DNA from: an uncultured Eubacteriales bacterium
GTDB taxonomy: Bacteria > Bacillota > Clostridia > Oscillospirales > CAG-272
Direction of reading: 5' to 3'
DNA: 64,000 nt
NCBI GenBank assembly: GCA_934432675.1
Contig: CAKRYT010000001.1
Location: 112,874-176,873 of the forward strand
Position numbers and translations under genes: made by a program. The notes under the pieces were generated by a model. It had not been told where the DNA came from and made no database searches. It saw only the letters and a list, made by a program, of their open reading frames with translations. Shown here in pieces: positions 56,605 to 64,000 of the stretch. Numbering within the stretch: the stretch's first letter is position 1; every line of letters starts with the position of its first letter.

Positions 56605-58350
56605 ATGGGCTATTGGTGGAAGTACATAAAGCCGTATTTACCCTATTTTATCATTGGACCGCTCTGCATGATCGTGGAGGTCGTCGGTGAAGTCGTGCTC
56701 CCGAAACTGCTGTCGTCGGTCATTGACGGCGGGCGAGCGGGGACGCTGACCGTTTCCGGCAGCATCGGCATATTGTTCGCGATGATCGGTGTTGCCCTTT
56801 TAATGATGGGGGGCGGCGTCGGCGGTGCTTACTTCGGAGCTAAGGCATCCGTCAATTTCGCTACCGATCTGCGTGCGGATGCCTATCGTTCGGTGGAGCG
56901 TTATTCTTTCGCAAACATCGATAAATTCTCGACCGGCTCGCTCGTCACGCGCATGACGAACGACGTGACACAAGTCCAGAACTTCGTCAACATGCTGTTG
57001 CGTATGGCATTGCGTGCCCCGGGGATGCTCATTGCCGCCCTCATTATGTCGATTACACTGAAACCGTCGCTTGCCGTCGTGTTCGCCGTGACGATTCCGA
57101 TAATGCTGCTGTCTATCCTGGGGATTATCCTGATCGGATTCCGCCGTTTTACACAACTGCAAACCAGAATCGATACACTCAATTCGACCGTTCAGGAAAA
57201 CATCACGAATGTTCGCGTGGTGAAATCGTTTGTGCGGGAGACGCAGGAGACAGAAAAGTTTTCGCGTGCCAACCGGAATCTTAAAGAGGCAGGCATGGCG
57301 GCGATGCGTGTCATGATCTTCATGGAGCCGGTTACGACCTTTATCATGTATGCCACGACGATTGTCGTCCTGTGGTTCGGGAGCGGGTTTGTTCTCGACG
57401 GTGGGATGTCCGTCGGTGATTTATCGGCGTTTGTGGTCTATGTCAACCAGATTCTCATGTCCATCATGATGGTCACCATGCTGCTCATGACTTCCTCGCG
57501 TGCCATTGCATCCGCGAAACGGATCCGTCAGGTCATCGATGAGGTACCTGATATTGATGACGCAAATGCCGCCGAGCCGGACCGTTTGGTGGAAAAGGGA
57601 AGTGTGGAATTCCGCGACGTTTCCTTCCGCTATTATAAAAATCGTGACGAATATGTCCTGAAACATATTTCGCTCTCCGTGGCACCGGGCAGTACCGTCG
57701 GTATTATCGGATCGACCGGGTGCGGCAAGAGTACACTGGTCTCCATGGTGTGCCGCCTCTACGATCCCGATGAGGGGGAGGTGCTCGTCGACGGTGTGAA
57801 CGTAAAGGATTATTCCCTTACTCATTTGCGTGATGGAGTTGGCATGGTACTGCAAAAGAATACCCTGTTCTCCGGCACCATTGCGGAAAATCTCCGCTGG
57901 GGGAATGAGTCCGCGACGGACGAAGAGGTGCGCCTGGCGGCGACGCAAGCGCAGGCGGATAAATTTGTTTCGTCTTTCCCGAAGGGGTATGATACGATGA
58001 TCGAGCAGGGCGGGACCAATGTGTCCGGCGGACAGAAGCAACGCCTTTGCATTGCGCGGGCACTGCTCAAACATCCGAAGGTTCTGATACTCGATGATTC
58101 GACTTCTGCCGTGGATACCGCGACGGAAAGGCAGATCCGCACGGCTCTTGCGGAATCATTTGCGGGTACGACAAAGATAATCATCGCACAACGCATTTCC
58201 TCCGTCATGGAGGCAGATCAGATCGCCGTCATGAACGAGGGGGAAATCGTCGCGGTCGGGACGCATGAGGAATTGCTCGAAAGTTCTCCGGAATATCGGG
58301 AGATCTATGAGTCGCAGATGGGGGGTGAGGAAGATGGCAAGAACGCTTGA
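56605..58350 (+). CDS. ABC exporter permease/ATPase, the degenerate-site half of a heterodimer
   Basis: Six-TM type I exporter domain plus an NBD with GSTGCGKST and VSGGQKQR. The Walker B reads LILDDSTSAVD, so the catalytic Glu is replaced by Asp. Confidence 0.9.
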   Translation: MGYWWKYIKPYLPYFIIGPLCMIVEVVGEVVLPKLLSSVIDGGRAGTLTVSGSIGILFAMIGVALLMMGGGVGGAYFGAKASVNFATDLRADAYRSVERYSFANIDKFSTGSLVTRMTNDVTQVQNFVNMLLRMALRAPGMLIAALIMSITLKPSLAVVFAVTIPIMLLSILGIILIGFRRFTQLQTRIDTLNSTVQENITNVRVVKSFVRETQETEKFSRANRNLKEAGMAAMRVMIFMEPVTTFIMYATTIVVLWFGSGFVLDGGMSVGDLSAFVVYVNQILMSIMMVTMLLMTSSRAIASAKRIRQVIDEVPDIDDANAAEPDRLVEKGSVEFRDVSFRYYKNRDEYVLKHISLSVAPGSTVGIIGSTGCGKSTLVSMVCRLYDPDEGEVLVDGVNVKDYSLTHLRDGVGMVLQKNTLFSGTIAENLRWGNESATDEEVRLAATQAQADKFVSSFPKGYDTMIEQGGTNVSGGQKQRLCIARALLKHPKVLILDDSTSAVDTATERQIRTALAESFAGTTKIIIAQRISSVMEADQIAVMNEGEIVAVGTHEELLESSPEYREIYESQMGGEEDGKNA

Positions 58351-60292
58351 ACAGTTGCAGTCCTCCTACACCTCGGAGAACGTCGGAAACGGAAGACGCA
58401 TGATGCGCCCGGGCCCCGGCCCGCGCGGTGGCCCCGGTGCACGCGGAGGTAAGCCGAAAAACACCCGTAAAATCGTCGCGAGGCTGTTATCTTACCTGAA
58501 ACCGTATCGCATACGATTGATACTGGTAATCCTCTGTATGCTGTTTTCCACCGCCGCCGCGCTCGTAGCATCCTATATGCTGGCACCGATCATCAATCGA
58601 CTGGCACTTGCCATAAATCCCGATATTCCCATGAATATGACTTCAATGGAGCGGCTTGCGGACAAAGCCATCACTGCCTTCGTCGGGGTCACGTCTGATG
58701 CGTTTCATCTGGCACCGGCACTGGTGTATGTATTGACGGCACTTTTCATCCTGGCGTTTGTGTACGTCATCGGCATCATCGCGACTTATGTGCAAGGGCG
58801 GCTTATGCTGACGGTCTCCCAAGGAACGACGCAGAGAATTCGGGGAGAGTTATTTGTCAAAATGCAGTCTCTGCCGCTCCGCTACTTTGACGGTCACCCG
58901 ACGGGGGAGGTCATGTCCCGCTTCACCAATGATATTGACAATATCGACACGATGCTCTCCAACTCGCTGACTTCCATTTTTTCCGGGTTTGTGATGCTGG
59001 TCGGTACCTTCGTCTTTATGATTATGACCAACTGGATCCTTACACTGGTTACGGTGGCGTTTATACCGCTGTATTTGTGGGGTGGCGGGCTGATCGGGAA
59101 ATTCAGTTCCCGCTACTACAAGGGACAGCAGGTGGCACTCGGTGCACTGAACGGATATATTGAAGAAAGCGTGTCCGGCGTCAAGGTCGTAAAAGTATTC
59201 AATCACGAGGGTGTCTGCACCGAAGAGTTCGCAACCCTGAATGGCGATATGCGCCAGAAACAGTTTAAGGCGCAGTTCTGGGGCGGCGTCATGGGCCCCA
59301 TTATGGGGAATCTCTCACAGATTTCGTACGGTATCACGGTCGGGATCGGCGGAATTATGATGGTTACGGCGGGTTTTGCACCCGGGTCTCTCACGGTGTT
59401 CGCTAATTATTCCAGGCAGTTCTCGCGCCCGATCAATACGCTTTCGATGCAGATGTCAACCATCTTTGCAGCACTTGCGGGTGCCGAGCGGGTCTTCAAT
59501 GTGATGGATGCAGAGCCGGAGGCACCCGATGCACCGGATGCAATCCCCATGGGGGATGTCAAAGGGGACGTCCGATTTGAGCACGTTACCTTTGGCTACG
59601 TGCCGGAAAAGACGGTCCTTCATGATCTGACGCTCTATGCAAAACCGGGACAAAAGATCGCCTTTGTCGGATCGACCGGGGCGGGGAAGACAACGATCAC
59701 CAATCTCCTAAACCGTTTTTATGATATCGATCATGGCTCCATCACGATAGACGGTGTGGATATCCGCCACTATCAGCGCGCGTCGTTGCGCAAGCATGTG
59801 GCGATGGTATTGCAGGACACGCATCTGTTTACCGGCACGGTGATGGAGAACATTCGTTATGGGCGTCCGGATGCAACGGACGAAGAGGTGATCGCTGCCG
59901 CCAAGGTGGCATCCGCACACTCGATGATATGCCGTCTTTCTGACGGGTATCAGACGGTCCTCACAGGGGACGGAGCTAATCTTTCACAGGGACAACGGCA
60001 ACTTCTGAATATCGCGCGTGCAGCTCTTTCGCACGCACCGATCCTCGTTCTGGACGAGGCGACCAGTTCGGTGGATACGAGAACGGAGCGACATATAGAG
60101 CACGGCATGGATCGCCTTATGGCATCGCGAACGACTTTTGTGATTGCGCACCGTCTCTCCACCGTTCGCAATGCGGATGCCATCATGGTTTTGGAGGCAG
60201 GCCGTATCATTGAACGAGGGACACACGAGCAGTTGCTTGCCCTAAAAGGCAGATACTATGAACTATATACCGGTGTAAAAGAACTGGATTGA
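58334..60292 (+). CDS. ABC exporter permease/ATPase, the consensus-site half of a heterodimer
   Basis: GSTGAGKTT and a canonical Walker B LVLDEATSSVD, but a non-canonical signature LSQGQRQ. The start at ATG 58334 overlaps the upstream gene by 17 nt. Confidence 0.9.
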   Translation: MARTLEQLQSSYTSENVGNGRRMMRPGPGPRGGPGARGGKPKNTRKIVARLLSYLKPYRIRLILVILCMLFSTAAALVASYMLAPIINRLALAINPDIPMNMTSMERLADKAITAFVGVTSDAFHLAPALVYVLTALFILAFVYVIGIIATYVQGRLMLTVSQGTTQRIRGELFVKMQSLPLRYFDGHPTGEVMSRFTNDIDNIDTMLSNSLTSIFSGFVMLVGTFVFMIMTNWILTLVTVAFIPLYLWGGGLIGKFSSRYYKGQQVALGALNGYIEESVSGVKVVKVFNHEGVCTEEFATLNGDMRQKQFKAQFWGGVMGPIMGNLSQISYGITVGIGGIMMVTAGFAPGSLTVFANYSRQFSRPINTLSMQMSTIFAALAGAERVFNVMDAEPEAPDAPDAIPMGDVKGDVRFEHVTFGYVPEKTVLHDLTLYAKPGQKIAFVGSTGAGKTTITNLLNRFYDIDHGSITIDGVDIRHYQRASLRKHVAMVLQDTHLFTGTVMENIRYGRPDATDEEVIAAAKVASAHSMICRLSDGYQTVLTGDGANLSQGQRQLLNIARAALSHAPILVLDEATSSVDTRTERHIEHGMDRLMASRTTFVIAHRLSTVRNADAIMVLEAGRIIERGTHEQLLALKGRYYELYTGVKELD

Positions 60293-60299
60293 GTTTTTT

Positions 60300-60338
60300 C
60301 CCGCGGGCAGAGTGGACTTCTGCCCACGGGAAGTTTTT
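60300..60338 (+). terminator. Terminator after the ABC exporter operon
   Basis: Stem cccgcgggcaga / tctgcccacggg (one mismatch), followed by aagttttt. Confidence 0.75.
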
Positions 60339-60374
60339 GACAGACAAAGATACGAAAACCGTCTGATAAAACAA

Positions 60375-60406
60375 AATTCCCCGAGAGGTACCTCTCGGGG
60401 AATTTA
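60375..60406. terminator. Perfect palindromic hairpin; terminator of the yegP-like gene
   Basis: Stem aaattccccgagagg / cctctcggggaattt with a 2-nt centre, flanked by A and T runs. Confidence 0.75.
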
Positions 60407-60418
60407 ATCGATGATTCG

Positions 60419-60817
60419 TTATTGATCGGATTCTTCCGGTACGACTTCGGCATCCGGAGCCCATTTTGCAAGACTCTTGATCCCGTTTTTGCAACCGTCT
60501 TTTGATGCGTAACCGTCTTCGCTTGTGCAGATGAGTTCGGCATTGGTGGCGAGGAGGCGGAAACGGAATTTTCCGGCTTTGTCGGCGTACAACTCGAATT
60601 TCGGATATTTCTGTTTGACCGGGGCTTTCAGTGTCTGATCCTCAATCGGTGCATTTACGTTACGGCGGACGCTCTCAATACCTGCCTTACAGGAGGAGAG
60701 AGATGCGTAACCGGTGCCACCGCTGACAGCGATCGTTTCCTTGTTGGGTGCTTTCAGTCGGTAGTTAAAATAACCTTTCGCGGTTTTGTAGTACACAAAT
60801 TGCCCTTTGACAGCCAC
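60419..60817 (-). CDS. YegP family protein (tandem DUF1508)
   Basis: Two repeats of the pattern F.....K.G.F.FRL.A.N.E.I..S.GY.S...C..GI.S. Confidence 0.8.
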   Translation of the reverse strand: MAVKGQFVYYKTAKGYFNYRLKAPNKETIAVSGGTGYASLSSCKAGIESVRRNVNAPIEDQTLKAPVKQKYPKFELYADKAGKFRFRLLATNAELICTSEDGYASKDGCKNGIKSLAKWAPDAEVVPEESDQ

Positions 60818-60855
60818 TTTATCTTCCTCCTTCGTGGATGATCCGTGCCAAGAAA

Positions 60856-62943
60856 TCAGTCGATGGAGCCTACGATATAAGGAGCCATTTCCGCTCTCTC
60901 GCGGGCACGCTCGTCGGCCTCCGCCTTGGCTTCGGCGGCACGCTCGGCGCGTTCTGCCTCACGTGCGGCGTTTTCTTCCGCTTTCTTCTGCGCTTCAAGG
61001 ATAGCGCGGATGGAGAGAGCAAGCTGACGTTTCTCGGTGTCAATGCCGGTGATCTGTACATCAACGACCTGACCGACGGAGAGATAGTTCTCCGGTTTGT
61101 CAACATGTTCGAGGGAAATACGGGAGTTGTGAATCAGACCGTCGACGCCCTCCGCCACTTCGGCAAACGCACCGAAAGCAACGATGGAAACAATCTTGGC
61201 GGACACGATATCACCGACACTATGCTCTGCTACGAATTTTGCAAAGTCGTCCATCTCCGGCGTCTTGTAGCCGAGGGAGATGCGGTGTGTCTCGGGATCC
61301 AGTTCCTTGATATAGACTTCCACTTCCTGTCCGACGGAAACGACCTGGGCGGGGTTTTTGATGTTCTTCCAGGAAAGCTCGGATTTGTGGATCATCCCGT
61401 CGATACCGCCGAGGTCTACGAAAGCACCGTAGGAGGTCAGATTCTTAATCTTCGTCTTGAATCTCTGACCGACTTCCAGTTTTGCAAAAGCGGCATCACG
61501 CGCTGCGTCGCGTTCGGCGCGGGCAATCTTGCGTGCCTCGTACTGGTAAGACTTAATGGAAGCGACGACGCGCTTCTTCGCCTCGTCAATGTCGATGATT
61601 TTGACTTTCTGGGTGGTGCCGACGAGAGGCGTCATGTCACCGTCTTTCGGGACGCCGCTCTGCGATGCGGGGACAAACACACGATAGCCCTCGATATCCA
61701 TCGTCAGGCCGCCCTTGACAACTGCGGTGACTGTGCCTTCTTTGATGGGGTTTTCTTTTGCCTCTTCGACAAAAGTAAACCAGCCGGCGTCGCGGTCAAC
61801 GCGGAGTTTATCCAGTGCGACCTCGCCGTTTTTGTCATCCACGCGGACGACGAATGCCTTGATCTCATCCCCGACCTTATACAGGGAGGTAATCTTGGCG
61901 TTCGGGTCGGCGGTCAGCTTGTCTGCTTCAATCACACCGGTCTGCTTGGTGCCAAGGTCGAGATAAACACATTTATCCGTAACGGCCTGAACTGTGCCGA
62001 CAACAATATCTCCTGTATGTATAGTTTTGAGGGATTCGTCAAGCAGGGTTGCGTAATCTTCCATGCTCATTTTGTGGTAAACCTCCATAATGATGCCGTC
62101 GGGTGTCGAAGCACCCGCGGTAATTGAAATCCGTTTCCCGCAGGGGATCTCTCCGATATCATCCGCAGTTGCCACCAGGCGTGTGTCGGGACAGCGTTCC
62201 AAACACAGATCGTACAGTTTCCGTGTATTGGAAGAATCCCGCCCGCCGATGACGATCATGCAGTCGGAGTGCTCTGCGAGAGCGAGCGCCTCTTGCTGGC
62301 GCGTCTCGGTAACATTACATATTGTATCAAAAAAAATCGCGTTTGTATATAGGTTTTTGAGATATTTTTGAGTTTTTTTCCACTCCGCGGTGCTTTGCGT
62401 GGTTTGTACGGCAACGATTAGCGGTTTCGGTGTGTTTTTCTGCTCCTCCAAATAGGCGGCAATGTCGCGACAGGAGGAAAAAACGGCCGCTTCTCCTCTC
62501 GCATAACTCATGATCCCGATGCATTCCGGATGTTGCGGGGCACCGAGCAAAATAAACCGCGTCCCGGCATTGGTATTCTCCCGCGCAATCTTATGGATGC
62601 GTTTTACGAAAGGGCAGGTCAGGTCGAGGACCGAAAAATCGGGGTGCGTCACTTCCAGTGCTCGTAACCGCTCTTCTTCCGTACAAGGTATGCCGTGCGC
62701 GCGGATCAGCAACACGGTTTTGCCGACGGTGTCACTCTCTTTTGCGATGCTTTCCGCATCCGTTGCGAGGATGGACCGCACACCTTTTCTTTCCAGATCC
62801 CGCAGGTAAGTGTCGTTGTGAATCAACGCTCCAAGGGTGTAGATTTTTTTCACCCCCGGATCACGGAGGAGAGCGGAAACGCAGTCGGTTGCGCGTTTGA
62901 CGCCGAAACAAAAACCTGCGTTTTTGGCGATGGTCACGGGCAT
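60856..62943 (-). CDS. ispH: Bifunctional 4-hydroxy-3-methylbut-2-enyl diphosphate reductase (IspH) / ribosomal protein S1 fusion
   Basis: The N-terminal ~280 aa is IspH (AGFCFGVKRA, conserved Cys residues). The C-terminal part carries four S1 domains (GTVQAVTDKCVYLDLG, GTVTAVVKGGLTMDI, ..YGAFVDLGG, ..FGAFAEV) and a Lys/Glu/Ala-rich tail. Confidence 0.9.
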   Translation of the reverse strand: MPVTIAKNAGFCFGVKRATDCVSALLRDPGVKKIYTLGALIHNDTYLRDLERKGVRSILATDAESIAKESDTVGKTVLLIRAHGIPCTEEERLRALEVTHPDFSVLDLTCPFVKRIHKIARENTNAGTRFILLGAPQHPECIGIMSYARGEAAVFSSCRDIAAYLEEQKNTPKPLIVAVQTTQSTAEWKKTQKYLKNLYTNAIFFDTICNVTETRQQEALALAEHSDCMIVIGGRDSSNTRKLYDLCLERCPDTRLVATADDIGEIPCGKRISITAGASTPDGIIMEVYHKMSMEDYATLLDESLKTIHTGDIVVGTVQAVTDKCVYLDLGTKQTGVIEADKLTADPNAKITSLYKVGDEIKAFVVRVDDKNGEVALDKLRVDRDAGWFTFVEEAKENPIKEGTVTAVVKGGLTMDIEGYRVFVPASQSGVPKDGDMTPLVGTTQKVKIIDIDEAKKRVVASIKSYQYEARKIARAERDAARDAAFAKLEVGQRFKTKIKNLTSYGAFVDLGGIDGMIHKSELSWKNIKNPAQVVSVGQEVEVYIKELDPETHRISLGYKTPEMDDFAKFVAEHSVGDIVSAKIVSIVAFGAFAEVAEGVDGLIHNSRISLEHVDKPENYLSVGQVVDVQITGIDTEKRQLALSIRAILEAQKKAEENAAREAERAERAAEAKAEADERARERAEMAPYIVGSID

Positions 62944-63581
62944 GGTTGCGTTCCTTTCGGTAGTGCTGGCAGCGTGGGCTCACCCAACCCGCATACGGCG
63001 GAAAAATAACAGGCGGCGGCATCTCGATACATACGGATGCCGGCACCGGTCTCGGGGAATGGGTATGTAATCGGTTTTCCGATCAATAGCTCCGTTCTGC
63101 GAAAGGGGGCGTAACGGTTGTTTTTCAGCCGTATGCAAACTGGGACGACCGGCTTCGCGGCATAATACGCCATCATGCCGATTCCGTGCTTGATTTCCGT
63201 CTCACGCGGGTCACGCCCACGGCGACGATGGGCCTGCGGGTAGACAGCAACGCATTCGCCGTCCCGCACCGACCGGACCACCGCTTTGATGGCGGATGTA
63301 TCGGCAAAATCACGCCGTACGGGGATCGTGCCGGCACCCCGCAAAAAGCGGGACAACAGTGGGATGCGGAACAGTTCGCTTTTGGCGAGGAAACGCACGC
63401 GACCGCGCAGCGTCGCCGCGAGAATGATGGCATCCGGGTAGTCGATATGATTGCAACAGAGCAGGCACCCGTCGGCGGGTATGTTGTCGAGCCCCTCCAC
63501 GTGGACACGGAAGAGCCAACGCACAAAACCGGAGAAAGCTCTGCACAGACGCTCGTAAAGGGAGGGCTTGTTATTTTTCAT
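62934..63581 (-). CDS. plsC: 1-acyl-sn-glycerol-3-phosphate acyltransferase
   Basis: NHIDYPD (HxxxxD) and the downstream VYPQAHRRRG-type block. The start could be 63581 or 63608. Confidence 0.85.
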   Translation of the reverse strand: MKNNKPSLYERLCRAFSGFVRWLFRVHVEGLDNIPADGCLLCCNHIDYPDAIILAATLRGRVRFLAKSELFRIPLLSRFLRGAGTIPVRRDFADTSAIKAVVRSVRDGECVAVYPQAHRRRGRDPRETEIKHGIGMMAYYAAKPVVPVCIRLKNNRYAPFRRTELLIGKPITYPFPETGAGIRMYRDAAACYFSAVCGLGEPTLPALPKGTQPCP

Positions 63582-64000
63582 AATCCGGACGTCCCGACAG
63601 TTTTGCATCGATGATTTTCATGACGGCGTCGACACTGTCGTTCAGCGTGTAACCGGTATTGTCGAGGAGGACGGCATCGTCGGCCTGTTTCAGGGGGGCC
63701 ACGGAGCGAGTGGAATCGTTGTGGTCCCTCGTTTTGATTTCTTCGAGAATGATGCGGTAATCGGCGTCGACCCCGCGCTCCCGGAGTTCCTTATAGCGTC
63801 GCTCGGCCCTGTTCTCCGCCGAGGCGGTCAGAAAAATCTTGACCTCCGCGTCTGGGAAGATTACCGTACCGATATCGCGGCCGTCCATGATGACGGACTG
63901 TTTCTCGGCGATATTGCGCTGTGTGGCGAGCAGGAAATCACGTACCGCGGGGATCGCAGAGACGGCAGAGGCATACATGGAGATCTCCTGCGTGCGGATC
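63571..64000 (-). CDS. cmk: Cytidylate kinase, 5' end beyond the window
   Basis: Sequence ..IRTQEISMYASAVSAIPAVR....Q........VMDGRDIGTVIFPDAEVKIFLTASAENRAERRY. The frame is open to nt 64000. Confidence 0.9.
   Translation of the reverse strand, partial: IRTQEISMYASAVSAIPAVRDFLLATQRNIAEKQSVIMDGRDIGTVIFPDAEVKIFLTASAENRAERRYKELRERGVDADYRIILEEIKTRDHNDSTRSVAPLKQADDAVLLDNTGYTLNDSVDAVMKIIDAKLSGRPDYEK

Noticed and set aside
60838-62127. 429-aa plus-strand ORF
   Set aside because: It is antisense to the S1 part of the ispH-S1 fusion, and no motifs are present.

Overview
This window is a high-GC (roughly 60% by eye) chromosomal segment. It looks like a spore-forming Clostridia-type Firmicute, possibly Oscillospirales-like, based on sigK, yqfC/yqfD, a ylbJ-like gene, an ispH-S1 fusion and an ECF module. 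That taxonomic guess is not testable here.

Almost all of the window is core housekeeping genes in conserved operons:
- tig-clpP-clpX
- apgM-lepB-rbgA-rnhB-yraN, divergent from rplS
- yqfC-yqfD-phoH-ybeY-era-recO-mutS2
- SAM-I riboswitch-metK
- recD2, and ruvAB divergent from ruvC
- ecfA-ecfA-ecfT-truA
- PBP1A
- marR plus a heterodimeric ABC exporter
- cmk-plsC-ispH/S1

I call about 60 CDS, one riboswitch, and several consensus sigma-A promoters and intrinsic terminators. I saw no rRNA, tRNA, CRISPR array, integrase or transposase.

The clearest accessory element is a lone 869-aa STAND/NACHT NTPase with an N-terminal DUF4062/TIR-like domain (19329-21938, minus strand). It sits between a U32 peptidase gene and ung, looks lower in GC than its neighbours, and is my best candidate for an undescribed single-gene conflict/antiphage system.

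Secondary oddities:
- an FkbM methyltransferase translationally coupled to a YrrO-like U32 protein
- an EndoA/MazF toxin with no visible antitoxin
- a stand-alone RyR-domain protein next to a lipoprotein and two tandem fused MacB-type ABC ATPase-permeases
- an Asp-less response-regulator-like wHTH gene directly upstream of sigK
- a modular LRR surface protein truncated by the window edge

All calls come from reading the ORF translations and the DNA by eye. No database search, HMM, folding or GC computation was run.
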